A DNA stretch of 64,000 nucleotides from Pristiophorus japonicus (Eukaryota): positions 17,484,001 through 17,548,000 of the forward strand of contig NC_091995.1 of assembly GCF_044704955.1 (NCBI RefSeq), given 5' to 3'. How positions within the stretch are numbered: position 1 is the first letter of the stretch; each line of letters begins with the position of its first letter. The position numbers and the translations under genes are program-made. The notes under the pieces were generated by a model. The model ran no database searches. It was given only the letters and a program-made list of their open reading frames with translations, and was not told where the DNA came from. Shown piece by piece: positions 38,749 through 52,990 of this stretch.

Positions 38749-39508
38749 AGAACATAAGAACATAAGATATAGGAGCAGGAGCAGGCCATACAGCCCTTCG
38801 AGCCCGCTCTGCCATTCAATAAGTTCATGGCTGATCTGATCTCGACCTCAACTCCACTTCCATTCCCATTCCCTATAACCCTTGACTCCCCTGAGTTCAA
38901 AAATCTATCTACATCAGCCTTGAATATATTCAATGACAGCCTCCACAGCTCACTGGGGTAGAGAATTCCAAAGATTCACGAACCTCTGAGAGAAGAAAGT
39001 CCTCATCTCCGTCTTAATTAGGCAACCCCTTATTCTGAAACTATGCCCTCTAGTTCTAGATTCCCCCACGAGGGGAAGGATTTTCTCAGCATTTATTCTG
39101 TCAAGCCCACTCAGAATCTTAACTGTTTCAATAAGATCACCTCTCATTCTTCTAAGTTCCAATGAGTACAAGCCCAACCTGCTCAACCTTTCCTCATAAG
39201 GCAACCCGTTCTTCCCAGGAATCAACCTAGTGAACATTCTTTGAACTGCTTCCAATGCAAATATATCCCTCCTTAAATAAGGAGACCAAAACTGTACGCA
39301 GTACTTCAGGTGTGGTCTCACCAACGCCCTGGTCAGTTGTAGCAAGACTTCCCTACTTTTATACTCCATCCCCCTTGCAATAAGTGGCAACACTCCATTT
39401 GACTTTCTAATTATTGCTGTACCTGCATACTAACTTTCTGTGTTTCATGTACGAGGACCTCCCAGATCCCTCTGTACCATAGCATTTTGTAATCTCTCCA
39501 TTTAAATA
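38749..39508 (-). mobile_element. CR1 3' fragment
   Basis: ORF 38950-39393 matches the ORF2 C-terminus. Confidence 0.88.
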
Positions 39509-40093
39509 GGAGTAAAGCTATATGGCTGACTTGTCAAGTACAAAGACAAATACGACGCAAGTAAAAATGTGTTTAAAAAATAAATTAAAGGCACCTAATG
39601 CACAACAAGACAATGGCAGGTACCAGAAACAGGTTAACAACTCTATTAAAACAGCTAAAAGATGAATTGAAACGGGCTTGGTAGACAAGTGTAGTAACAA
39701 TGAGAAATATCCTTCATCTGCGTGAAGATTGAGAGGATCGTCACAGACACTATTGGGCCTTTGAATGATTTATAAGGACTGATTAGAAATGACTCTCGCG
39801 GTCTGGCAGAGATACTACATGAGAATATCGCACCAGTCTTCACTCAGACAGAATTGTTTGGCGTTGTTAATAATAACGTTGTTAATCTTGATATAGTTAA
39901 ACACACAGTTTTAGACTGCAATGGAATGGAATATCAGGGCTGCGTATAACTGATGGCCAATTTGATACTACTCGCATTGCATTGCCGGTAAAGGTGAATT
40001 TCTAGCCAAACCCGTTTCCCGTATTGCTGTTTTTATTTCGGATTTTTATAATTGGAGTATTTTTAACGTCAGATATGTCCTATTATATAGCAG

Positions 40094-40431
40094 GACGAAC
40101 GTTTGGAAACCTCACAGTAATGGAAATCCCGCTCTCGGTTATTACAACTGAAGGCGAGACTGTGGTCCTAAACTGCTCGCATAACGGACCAGCCGGGATA
40201 GCCGCATACACATGGTATCTAAACATTCCAGATGGGACTGAGGTGACAACAAAACATCACAGTATACAGGACGCGTGTTTCGAGCGGATTTGAAGGCTTT
40301 CTTCGAAAGAAACCACGATTCACTACAAATAGCAGACAGCAAGTTGGTTGATTCAGGAACCTATTATTGCAAAGTGGAACACGTGGAATGCGGGGAAACA
40401 TATTGACCAGGGACAAGCCTTACTGTAACAA
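40094..40431 (+). pseudogene. Gene 2: NCR3-like IgV exon, inactivated
   Basis: atatagcag| acceptor and A|GTAAGT donor. Reads NLTVMEIPLSVITTEGETVVLNC...AYTWY, then after a 1-nt deletion near 40249 continues KTSQYTGRVFRADLKAFFERNHDSLQIADSKLVDSGTYYCKVEHVECGETY*PGTSLTVT. TGA at 40404-40406 replaces the first Gly of the GxG motif. Confidence 0.88.
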
Positions 40432-40552
40432 GTAAGTATTTCTCCTTAGTTTTGGAGAAACAATTTGTAAAGGAAAAAGTGACCCCGACCACAATGGAAT
40501 ACACCCAGGTCTTTTTAATTGAAAATTTCTTTCTGAGTTTTAAAAAATAAAG

Positions 40553-40990
40553 AAGAAAAGAAGACTTGCATTTATAGAATGCGTTTCCTGACCACCAGGG
40601 TCCCAAAGCGTATGTTGAAGTGTAGTCACTGTTGTAACGTAGGAAATACAGCAGCCAACCTTCACACAGCAAGCTCCCACACACAGCAATGTGATCATGA
40701 CCAGATAATCTGTTTTAGTGATGTTGATTAAGGGGTACATATTGGCCAGGACACCGTGTCTCACTCCTCTGCTCTTCAAAAAAGTTCCTTGGGATATTTT
40801 ACGTCCACCCGAGAGAACGTTGATTTAATGTCTCATCCAAAAGGCGGCACCTCCGAAAGAGCAGCAACCCCTCAGTACTGCACTGGGAGTGTCAACCTAG
40901 ATTTTTGTGCTCAGGTCTCTGTGGAGTGGGAACTTGAACCCACGACCTTGTGCGTCAGAGCTGATGGTGCTACGAATTGAGCCACTTGCT
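40553..40990 (-). mobile_element. tRNA-derived SINE
   Basis: Reverse complement of the 16800 SINE, including the A and B boxes. Confidence 0.8.
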
Positions 40991-41109
40991 GACCTAAAAT
41001 ACCAACACCTACGTTGAAGGTCTGTCTCAATATCGGACTGAGGAAGATGGAAGATGAGATAAATGAAACAGTATTGATGGGCTGCTTCAAAGCTTGATCT
41101 TTAAATCAC

Positions 41110-42033
41110 GTTAATGATTTAGACGAGGGGATTAAATGTAGTATCTCCAAATTTGCGGTTGACGCTAAGTTGGGTGGCAGTGTGAGCTGCGGGGAGGATG
41201 CTATGAGGCTGCAGAGTGATTTGGATGGGTTAGGTGATTGGGAAAATTCATGGCAGATGAAGTATAATGTGGATAAATGTGAGGTTATCCACTTTGGTGG
41301 TAAAAACAGAGAGACAGACTATTATCTGAATGGTGACAGTTTAGGAAAAGGGGAGGTGCAACGAGACCTGGGTGTCATGGTACATCAGTCATTGAAGGTT
41401 GGCATGCAGGTACAGCAGGCGGTTAAGAAAGCAAATGGCATGTTGGTCTTCATAGCGAGGGGATTTGAGTACAGGGGCAGGGAGGTGTTACTACAGTTGT
41501 ACAGGGCCTTGGTGAGGCTACACCTGGAGTATTGTGTACAGTTTTGGTCTCTTAACCTAAGGAAGGACATTCTTGCTATTGAGGGAGTGCAGCGAAGGTT
41601 CACCAGACTGATTCCCGGATGGCGGGACTGACATATCAAGAAAGACTGGACCAACTGGGCTTGTATTCACTGGAGTTCAGAAGAATGAGAGGGGATCTCA
41701 TAGAAACGTTTAAAATTCTGACGGGTATAGACAGGTTAGATGCAGGAAGAATGTTCCCAATGTTGGGGAAGTCCAGAACCAGGGGTCACAGTCTAAGGAT
41801 AAGGGATAAGCCATTTAGGACCGAGATGAGGAGAAACTTCTTCACCCAGAGAGTGGTGAGCCTGTGGAATTCTCTATCGCAGAAAGTTGTTGAGGCCAAT
41901 TCACTAAATATATTCAAAAAGGAGTTAGATGTAGTCCTTACTACTGGGGGCGGGGGGAATCAAGGGGTATGGCGAGAAGGTAGGAACGGGGTATTGAAGT
42001 TGCATGTTCAGCCATGAACTCATTGAATGGCGG
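41110..42033 (+). mobile_element. CR1 3' fragment lacking its terminal tail
   Basis: ORFs 41170-41631 and 41619-42017; fused directly to an antisense copy. Confidence 0.9.
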
Positions 42034-44890
42034 AACATTGGGAACATTCTTCCTTCATCTAACCTGTCTAAACTCATCAGAATTTTAAACATTTCTATGA
42101 GATCCCCTCTCATTCTTCTGAACTCCAGTGAATACAAGCCCAGTTGATCCAATCTTTCTTGATATGTCAGTCCTGCCATCCCGGGAATCAGTCTGGTGAA
42201 CCTTCGCTGCATTCCCTCAATAGCAAGAATGTCCTTCCTCAAGTTAGGAGACCAAATCTATACACAATAATCTAGGTGTAGCCTCACCAAGGCCCTGTAC
42301 AACTGCAGTAACACCTGCCTGTCCCTGTACTCAAATCCCCTCGCTATGAAGGCCAACATGCCATTTGCTTTCTTAACCGCCTGCTGTACCTGCATGCCAA
42401 CCTTCAATGACTGATGTACCTTGACACCCAGGTCTCGTTGCACCTCCCCTTTTCCTAATCTGTCACTATTCAGATAATAGTCTGTCTCTCTGTTTTTACC
42501 ACCAAAGTGGATAACCTCACATTTATCCACATTATACTTCATCTGCGATGCATTTTCCCACTCACCTAACCTATCCAAGTCACTCTGCAGCGTCATAGCT
42601 TCCTCCTCGCAGCTCACACTGCCACCCAACTTAGTGTCATCCGCAAATTTGGAGATACTACATTTAATCCTCTCATCTAAATCATCATGTACAATGTAAA
42701 CAGCTGGGGCCCCAGCACAGAACCTTGCGGTACCCCACTAGTCACTGCCTGCCATTCTGAAAAGTACCATTTACTCCTACTCTTTGCTTCCTGTCTTGAC
42801 AACCAGTTCTCAATCCACGTCAGCACACTACACCCAATTCCATGTGCTTTAACTTTGCACATTAATCACTTGTGTGGGACCTTGTCGAAAGCCTTCTGAA
42901 AGTCCAAATACACGACATCAACTGGCTCTCCCTTTTTCTCTCTACTGGAAACATCCAAAATAAATTCCAGAAGATTTGTCAAGCATGATTTCCCTTTCAC
43001 AAATCCATGCTGACTTGGACATATCATGTCACCTCTTTCTAAATGCGCTGCTATGACATCCTTAATAATTGATTCCATCATTTTACCCACTACCGATGTC
43101 AGACTGACCGGTCTATAATTCCCTGTTATCTCTCTCCCTCCTTTTTTAAAAAGTGGGGTTAAATTGGCTACCCTGCACTCCATAGGAACTGATCCAGAGT
43201 CTATGGAATGTTGGAAAGTGACTGTCAATGCATCCGCTATTACAAGGCCACCTCCTTAAGTACTCTGGGATGCAGACCATCAGGCCCTGGGGAATTATCA
43301 GCCTCCAATCCCATCAACTTCCCCAACACAATTTCCCGACTATTAAGGATTTCCCTCAGTTCATCCTTCTTACTGGACCCTCTGACCCCTTTTATATCCG
43401 GAAGGTTGTTTGTGTCCTCCTTAGTGAATACCGAACCAAAGTACTTGTTCAATTGGTCTGCCATTTCTTTGTTCCCCGTTATGACTTCCCCTGATTCTGA
43501 CTGTAGGTGACCTACGTTTGTCTTTACTAACCTTTTTCTCTTTACATATCTATAGAAGCTTTTGCAGTCCTTCTTAATGTTCCCTGAAAACTTCCTCTCG
43601 TACTCCATTTTCCCTGCCCTAATCAAACCCCTTTTCCTCCTCTGCTGAGTTCTAAATTTCTCCCAGTCCCCGGGTTCGCTGCTATTTCTGACCAATTTGT
43701 ATGCCACTTCCTTGGCTTTAATACTATCCCTAATTTCTCTTGATAGCCACGGTTGAGTCACCTTCCCTTTTTTATTTTTACGCCAGACAGGGATGTACAA
43801 TTGTTGTAGTTCATCCATGCGGTCTCCAAATGTCTGCCATTGTCCATCCACTGTCGACCCCTTATGCATCATTCGCCAATCTATCCTAGCCAATTCACGC
43901 CACATACCTTCAAAGTTACCCTTCTTTAAGTTCTGGACCATGGTCTCTGAATTAACTGTTTCCTTCTCCATCCTAATGTAGAATTCCTCCGTATTATGGT
44001 CACTCTTCCCCAAGGGGCCTTGCACAACGAGATTGCCAATTAATCCTCTCTCATTACACAACACCCAGTTTAAGATGGCCTCCCCCCTAGTTGGTTCCTC
44101 GACATATTGGTCTTGAAAACCATCCCTTATCCACTCCAGGAAATTCTCCTCCATCATATTGCTTCCAGTTTGGTTAGCCCAATCTATATGCATATTAAAG
44201 TCACCCATGATAACTGCTGCACCTTTATTGCATGCACCTCTAATTTCCTGTTTGATGCCCTCCCCAACATCACTACTATTGTTTGGAGGTCTGTACACAA
44301 TTCCCACTATCGTTTTTTGCCCTTTGGTGTTCTGCAGCTCTACCCATATAGATTCCACATCATCCAAGCTAATGTCCTTCCTAACTATTGCATTAATCTC
44401 CTCTTTAACCAGCAATGGTACCCCACCTCCTTTTCCTTTTATTCTATCCTTCCTCAATGTTGAATACCCTTGGAAGTTGAGTTCGCAGCCCTGATCATCC
44501 TGGAGTCACGTCTCTGTAATCCCAATCGCATTATATCTGTTAACATCTATTTGCACAGTTAATTCATCTACCTTATTATGGATACTCCTTTCATTAAGAC
44601 ACAAAGCCTTCAGGCTTGTTTTTTTAACACTCTTTGTCCTTTTAGAATTATGATGTAGTGTGGCCCTTTCTGTTTCTTGCCTTTGTTTAATCGGCCTTCC
44701 ACTATTGCTTTTTACCTTTCTACCATCTGTTTCTGACTCCATATTACTCGCCCTGTCTCGCTGCATAGGTTCCCATCCCCCTGCCATATTAGTTTAAACA
44801 CTTCCGAACTGCATTAGCAAATGTTACCCCCAGGACATCAGTTCCAGTCCTGCCCAAGTGCAAACGGTCCCTTTTGTACCGGTCCCACTT
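42034..44890 (-). mobile_element. CR1 copy from the ORF1 end through most of ORF2, 3' end missing
   Basis: ORFs 43240-44457, 42866-43228 and 42258-42629; ORF1/ORF2 junction at ~44790. Confidence 0.92.
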
Positions 44891-45829
44891 CAATTGGATC
44901 ACCCTTTAATCTTCTATATTCAAGGGAATAGACACCAATTCTAGGCATAATTTAACCGTTTTTCTCCCGATATCATTCTGGTGCGTCTGTGCTACTCCCC
45001 CTCGAAAGCCAAAATATGCTTCCTGCAGTGCTGTGCACAGAACTGAATGCAGATCTCCAGATGGGTTCTAACCAGAGCTGTGTACAGCCTAGATTTTGCA
45101 CTCCAGTTTCTGGGACAAGGAATTGAACCCACAACCTCCATGACTCAGAAGCAAGAGTGCTATGAACTGAGCCATAGCTGACACCATTTGCAGAGAAATA
45201 GGTCTTTATAACTACTTATTGTTAATCAATGCTAATCTTCTTCGAATCTGGAAACTGAGTCTTTGCGATTCGACTTGTCAAAATCAGTCTTGCTGAGATA
45301 TGTTAACAATATTTGTTCTAATATACATATTTCTATTGAATTTTGCAACAGGAGGACGGCGGCAATTGTTTAGAATAGGAAGAGTTGAAGTCGAATTAAT
45401 AAGCATAAAGATCATCGCCAGACAACCAGGCACGTGGAACCAGTGCACTTCCGAAGTTAATGAAGTCAGCTCTATTCTTAATACAAAGTTTCTAGCTGCA
45501 GATGTCCGAGTTCCTGGGCACTAATGGAGCCTCGTAGGCAGCCAACCGCGGGTTGGAAAGCCGCTGATACACTGCCAAAGCTTTTCTGTCCATTTGGATT
45601 CGTGATTAGATGGCAGAGGGCCATGGTAAATGTCGCCCCTAATTTCCGAGAAAGACAAAAAAATAACGGTTTAATGCGAATATTAGGGTAGAAAGACTTA
45701 TAGGTAAATTCTGTTATTATAAAAAGTGCATGATATTTGCAAAGACGAGGGCCTAGAAATTCGTCTCAGACAGTCCTCAAAATGGGCTGTGCATTCTAGG
45801 CAGCAGCTGATATTCAACTCCGTTGCAGT

Positions 45830-46525
45830 CAAGGGCCCCAAACACTCCTTCCAGGCGAAACATTGATTTACTTGTATTTCTTTCAAATTAGTATAGTTCA
45901 TTTGCTGCTCATGATGCGGTATCCTCTATTTTGGGGAGACGAAATGCAGATTGGGTTATCGCTTTGTGGAGCAACTCCATTCATTCCGCAAGCAGGACTC
46001 CGAGCCTCTGGTTGCATGTCACTTCAATTCTCCGCTCTGACTACTCTTTCCTCGACCTCTTACACTGTTCTAACGAAGCTCCTCCTAAGCTCGAGGAATA
46101 GTACCTCATCTTTCGATTAGGCACTTTACAGCCCTTTGCACTCAACACTGAGTTCAACAATTTCAGGTCGTAATTACTGCTCCCATTCTTTCGGATGGCA
46201 GCTGTTGCTGACGATTTTGCTATACCCATTTACACCTCCTCTGGACCCATCTTTTGATTCTTTACTTGTCCTATTACCATCTCCTTTCGCCATGCACCAT
46301 CATCCTTTTTGTTATTTAATCTCTCTTGCTTGCCACTCTATCACAGAGCTTCCCTTTTGTACTTTCCTCTTCCCCTCTTCCCGCACTTCCTTAAATCTGT
46401 TATATATCTCTAACTTTGTCCAGTTTTTATGAAAGGTCATCGACTGAAATATTAACTCTGTATCGCTCTCCACAGTTGCTGCGTGACCTGCAGAATGTTT
46501 CCAGCATTTTCTGTTTTTATTTCAC
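45830..46525 (+). mobile_element. Penelope-like element fragment (GIY-YIG endonuclease)
   Basis: Degenerate FTC.S..LV...C..CG.LY.GETK.RL motif near 45860-45960, then EE..LIFRLGTLQP...N.EF. Confidence 0.72.
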
Positions 46526-46759
46526 GTTATATTTCACATCAATTAATCTGATATTTAATTATTATTCGGATAAAATTTCTTAAGTCATAACGCATTTATA
46601 TTTAATGAAGTATTGATGTATTTTGTTAATGCACATTTGATGCCGCAATATTAATAATGTAATTAAATGTGGCCTTTCACTCCTGGAATCTAGATTCAAA
46701 TGTACGCCACCTAATGGCATGATCACCCATCTATCACCTGACTGTAAGCATTCTATATA

Positions 46760-49230
46760 ACATAGAAACATAGAAAATAGGTGCAGGAGCAGGCCTTTCG
46801 GCCCTTCGAGCCTGCACCACCATTTAATATGATTATGGCTGATCATGCAACTTCCGCAGTCCACTCTTGCCTTCTCTCCATAACCCCTGATCCCTTTAAC
46901 CGTAAGGGCCACATCTAACTCCGTTTTGAATATATCCAATGAACTGGCCTCAACAACTTTCTGTGGTAGAGAATTTCATAGGTTCACAATTCTCTGGGTG
47001 AAAAAGTTTCTCCTCATCTCGGTCCTTTATGGCTTTCCCATTATCCTTAGACTGCGATCACTGGCTCTGGACTTTCCCAGTATCGGGAACATTCTTTCTG
47101 CATCTAACCTGTCCTATCCCGTCAGAATTTTATATACTTCTATGAGATCCCCTCTCATTCTTCTAAATCCAGAGAATATAAGCCTGCTCCATCCAGTCTT
47201 TCTTCATATGTCAGTCCTGCCATCCCGGGAATCAGTGTGGTGCACCTTCGCTGCTCTCCGTCAATAGCAAGAATGTCCTTCCTCAGATTAGGAGACCAAA
47301 ACTGCACACAATACTCAAGTTGTGGACTAACCAAAGCACTGTACAACTGCAGCAAGTCCTCCCTGCTCCTATACTCAAATCCTCTCGCTATAAGGCCAAC
47401 ATACCATTTGCTTTCTTAACTGCCTGCTGTACCTGCATGCCTACTTTCAATGACTGATGTACCATGACACTCAGGTCTCGTTGCACCTCCCCTTGTACTA
47501 ATCTGTCACCATTTAGATAATAATCTGCCTTCCTGTTTTTGCCACCAAAGTGGATAAACTCACACTTATCCACATTATACCGCATCTGCCATGCATTTTC
47601 CCACTCACCTAACCTGTCCAATTCACCCTGCAGCCTCTTAGCATTCTCCTCACAGCTCACATTGCCACCCAGCTTAGTGTCATCTGCAAATGTGGAGATG
47701 TGACATTCAATTCCTTCGCCTAAATCATTAATATCTATTGTAAATAGCTGGGGTCCCAGCACTGAACCTTGCAGTACTCCACTAGTCACCCCTTGCCATT
47801 CTGAAAATGACTCATTTATTCCCACTCTTTGCTTCCTGTCTGCCAACCAGTTCTCTATCCACGTCAATACATTATCCCCAATCCCAACTGCCTTAATTTT
47901 GCACACTAATCGCTTGTGTGGGTCCTTGTCAAAAGCCTTTTGAAAGTCCCAAATACACCACACCCACTGGTTCTCCATTATCCACGCTACTAGATACATC
48001 CTCAAAAAATTCTAGAAGATTTGTCAAGCAAGATTTCCCTTTCATAAATGCTGTCTTGGACCGATCCTGTCACTGCTTTCCAAATGCGCTGCTATTATAT
48101 CTTTAATAATTGATTCCAGCATTTTCCCCACCCAATGTCAGGTTAACCGGTCTATAATTCCGTGTTTATTCTCTCCCTCCTTTTTTAAAAAGTGGGGTAA
48201 CATTAACTACTCTCCAATCCACAGAAACTGATCCAGATACATGGAATGTTGGAAAATGACCACCAATGCATCTACTATTTCTAGTGCCACTTCCTGAATT
48301 ACTCTGGGATGCAGATTATCAGGCCCTGGGGATTTATCGGCCTCCAATCCCATCAATTTCCCTAACACCATTTCCTGACTAATAAGGATTTCCCTCAGTT
48401 ACCTCAGTTCCTCCTTCTCACTCGGTCCTCTAGTAATTTCGGGATGTTATTTGTGTCTTCCTTATTGAAGACAGAACCAAAGTATTTATTCAATTGGTCT
48501 GCCATTTCCTTCTTCCCCATTTTGAATTCACCTGATTCTGACTGCAAGGGAGCTACATTAGTCTTCACTAATCTTTTTCTCTTCACTTATCTAGAAGCCT
48601 TCCCCAACCTCGCTACTATTGTTTGGTGGTCTGTACACAACTCACACTAACGTTTTCCACCCTTTGGTGTTTCACAGCTCTACCGATATAGATTCCACAT
48701 CATCCAAGCTAATGTCCTTCCTTCCTATTGTGTCAATCTCCACATATTCCACATCATCCAAGCTAACCAGTAAAGCTACCCCATCTCCTTTTCCTTTCTG
48801 TCTATCCTTCCTGAATATTGAATACCCCTGGATGTTGAGTTCCCAGCCTTGGTCACCCTGGAGTCACGCCTCCGTAATCCCAATTACATCATATCCATTA
48901 ACAGCTATCTGCGCAGTTAATTCAACCATCTTATTACGAATGCTCCTCGCAATGAGACTCAGAGCCTTCAGGCTAGTTTTTTTTTTACACTATTTGTCCT
49001 TTTAGAATTATTGTTGTAATGTGGCCCTTTTTGATTTTTGCCGTTGATTTCTCTGCCCTCCACTCTTACTTTTCTCCTTCCTACCTTTTGCTTCTGCCCC
49101 ATTTTACTTCCCTCTGCCTCTCTGCATAGATCCCCATCCCCCTGCCATATTAGTTTAAACCCTCCCAAACAGCACTAGCAAACACTCTGCTTAGGACATC
49201 AGTTCCGGTCCTGCCCAGGTGCAGACTATC
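46760..49230 (-). mobile_element. CR1 copy with an internal deletion (~48595), ORF1 end to 3' tail
   Basis: Fragmented ORF2; junction TTTAAACTAA at 49159-49150. Confidence 0.9.
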
Positions 49231-49869
49231 CATTTATGCAACAGTGTTCATGGGCCCATAGCAAAAGTATGCTCAAATTCAGTACACCTTATTTTATAAT
49301 GATATAGTGCAGGATGGAACAATTGATTAAAATATGTACCAGCTGCAAGCTTTGTTATCTATACAAGGAGACGTAGGAACACAACTTTCTAGAGCTAAGT
49401 TAATGCATGTAAATTGTGAAAAGAAAAACATTAGTTTGCAAAGGGATGTCTCAGGCCATGCTCTTGTGCCGATAAGGTGTACATAGGTGTTGAAGTTAAT
49501 TCGTAATATCTTATTCATAGTAAGCCCATCTGTTTCATTTTATTCAATGTACACAATGTCATCCTGAAATTAATATATTATTGAAATAATGCCACCGCTC
49601 ATGGTATAGTCATATTTTTTCGATTAATTGGGGGCTTCTGAACATAATGGGGGCCCGCCCTCACCTGTACGAGCATTTGTGCATTGCCAGTAGTGGTAAT
49701 CGGGTAGCCAACTAAACTTTCAGATTTAGCACATTGCTCCATCCTAGTGCATCCAACACCAAATATAGTGAAACTTGGTCATCTGGCACATACCGGGGCT
49801 CCAAACAGGGAATTTATAATCTAAGTAGGTCAATATATCTTAATATATCTTGATCTTTGCCCAAGGTAT

Positions 49870-50342
49870 AATTCCATTACAGAGATGAGAGACTACAGTT
49901 ACATGGATAGACTGGACAAACTGGCGTTGTTCTCCTCAGAGCAGAGAAGGTTGAGAGGAGATTATGAGAGTTGTGTTCAAAATCATGAGTGGTCTAGACA
50001 GAGTAGATAGTGAGAAATTGTTCCCATTGGCAGAAGTGTTGAGAATCACAGGACACAGATTTAAGGTGATTGCCAAAAGAATCAAAGGCAAGATGAGGGA
50101 AAACATTTTTTACGCAGCGAGTGGCTGGGATCTGGAATACACTGTCTGAGCGGGTGGTGGAGGCATTCTCAATCGTGCCTTTAAAAAGGGAATTGGATAA
50201 ATACCTGAAGGATAAAAATTTGCAGGGCTACGGGGAAAGCGCAAGGGAGTGCGACTTGATGAAGTGCTCTGGCAGAGAGCTGGCACGGGCTCGATGGGAC
50301 GAATGGCCTTCTGTGCTGTAACTATTCTATGATTCTATGATT
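49870..50342 (+). mobile_element. CR1-like 3' fragment
   Basis: ORFs 49964-50149 and 50121-50321; ATTCTATG tail. Confidence 0.8.
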
Positions 50343-52294
50343 TTAAATAGAGTCTTAAATAAATCCTTGCCAACTTTACATTCCATAACAGATATTTTAG
50401 AGTCCTGCTCCAAGCATTTCCCTTCGTGACATTTAGAATGCATTTCAGTTTACTCCAAATAAACAGAACAGAACTTAAATTGAAATAGAGCACTCTTTAT
50501 GTATGCTATTTTTATGCCCGGATTTTGTGGTAAGAGTAACGGTGAAGCTATCAGCGCTCACTAATTAAAGTTTAAATTGGAGAGCAAATTCTGATGCCTG
50601 CACACGCACAGTTAAAGCGGTAATTGGAATGTTGTACTCGGAGTTTTCCTGTTCCTTCAGAAGCTTTGCTATAAAAGTATTTCGCCGAGAGATTCGGCAT
50701 ACACATATATTGTTGTGAGAACCCATCTGTTTCACTAATATCCTTTAATGTTAGAAATCTACCATCTTTGCCCGGTCTGGCCGATATGTAACTCCAGACC
50801 CACAGCAATGTTGTTTAATCTTAACTGCCCTGCTGATGTGGCTGAGGAGGCAACTCAGCTTTATTCAAAAAGGCCACTCGCCACCACTTTCTCAAGGGCA
50901 ATTTGGGATGGGCAATAAATGCTGACTTTGCCTGCAACGGCCACATCCAATGAATGAATAAAAAAACATCATCCAATGGCGTGGTGTTGCGGTACTTACT
51001 CACTCGATCTCCTATTTAGTGTTTTCCGACCTATGCACTGTTAATAATCAATAAATATCTCCAAATTCCATGATAACATTTCATTTTGTAAAGCAAAGCA
51101 CTCTGGCATATTTCGGAGTTGATGGGGCCGTTCCTCATTTTTTCATTTATTCGTTTCTGCTGGGTGGTACCGATCGGGAATGCAGTAGGATTGGACCCTA
51201 CCCACTTTACATGTTTTCCCGGAGGCGAAGGTGATGATCCAGTGGCAGGGAGCTCTGGAGATGGATGTGGTGCTGTTTTTCGATGGGCACAGAGGACTGG
51301 ATTAGTCATGAGGCGGCTTCTAACAGTCCATGGGCATGAAATTCTTTGTGGGCGTTTGGGCAAAACGGGCACTAATGGATGGGCAGCAGATTTTAGACGC
51401 CACCTAAATATCCTATTGCATTTATGGTTGTTTCAGTATCACGTGTTAAGCACGAGCGCCCAAACTTCATTTGGCTTTCATTAGCTCTTTGTCCGCATTA
51501 ATGTAGTTGTTGCCCAGACTTTTATTTATTGGAATCAGGAGTTTGACAATAAGTATTTCAGACTGGCATCTGGGGGAAATGGTGAAAGTTAGTTCTTATT
51601 ATGCTCGCTTGTTGTGTGGAAAGTGGGGGCAAAAACGGCCAGTATCGCAGCGTTATGCCCTGTGCCCCAATGACAGCCGCATTAGTTTTATGGTTTTGAG
51701 ACGTCCGGAGCGACCACCTTGGATAGGCGTTAGACCTCTTCAGTATGTGCATACCCTTTTCTCCAGTATTTCCTTCGAAGTCATAGTGGATGATTAGGAA
51801 ATTCTCGTGGAAATTCAGTCCCTAAACTGTATAATAAATAGTTCGGAGGCAAGAAACATCAGTTAAAATAATACAATTTAATTAAAATCGATTAGTAATC
51901 AATCTTAAAAGTATTTATTCATCGAACTTAGCTTAGTAAGGAATATAACAACACTATAATGGCCTTGAGCTATTGCAGAGATCTGATTTCTGTGTCTTTG
52001 AGTTTACTTATTTGCAGAAACTTATTTGCCTAGATAAGCTGGTTCTGGTAAATATGATATATATTGGGGAGAGTGTTTACCATGGTGTACACTTTTATGT
52101 CATGAGGGCCCAACAGCACAGTGTAAAGCTATTTGCAATTTTTTATTCATATTTTACATGATTTTGTTTTACAGTGAAATAAATTTCTACAACTAAAACG
52201 AAATTTACTGCGTAGTCCGAAATATTTCCTTTGAAATGCAAGGAAAGGTTAGGAAGTTACCAAAGGCAAACATTTATTTCAGAAACTGAAACAT

Positions 52295-52990
52295 AACAAG
52301 AACAACATCTTGCATTTATATAGCATCTTTAACGTAGTAAAAGGTCCCAAGGTGCTTCACAAGAGTGTTATACATTTTTTTTGACTCCAAGCCACATAAG
52401 GAAATATTTGGGCAGACGACAAAAAGCTTGGTCAAAGAGGTTGGTTTTAAGGAGAGTCTTATAGATAGAAATATTACATCGGATTACATAGAATATACTG
52501 CACATAAACAGGCCATTCGGCGCAACCAGTCCATTTATGCTCCACTCGAGCCTCCTCCCATCTTTCCTCATCTAACTCTATCAGCATAATCCTCTACTCC
52601 CTTCTCCCTCATATGCTTATCTAGCTTCCACTTAAATGCATCGATAATATTCGCTTCAGCTTCTCCCTGTGGTAGCGAGGTCCACATTCTCACCACTTTT
52701 TGGGTAAAGAAGTTTCTTCTGAATTCCTTAGTAAATTTATTGATGACTATCTTATATTGATGGCGTCTAGTTATCTAGAGAGGGAGAGAGGCAGAGAGGT
52801 TTAGGGAGGGAATTGAGGGCTTGGGACTTTGGCAGCTGAAGGCACGGCCACGAATGGTGGAGCGATTAAAATTGGAAATGCTCAAGAGGGCAGAATTAGA
52901 GGTGCCCAGACGTCTTGGAGTTTTGGCGGGTTGGAGGAGATTACAGCAATAGGGAGGAGTGAAGCTCTGGAGGGATTTGAAAAGAAAGAT
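52295..52990 (-). mobile_element. L2 3' fragment with a nested CR1 3' end (~52475-52775)
   Basis: Homologous to 36520 and 61320, and to 1176-1480 for the insert. Confidence 0.65.

Noticed and set aside
51004-51030. Minus-strand 27-nt segment with tag| acceptor and GTGAGT donor
   Set aside because: It lies beyond both gene 3 poly(A) signals and has a weak pyrimidine tract; it cannot be tied to a gene model.
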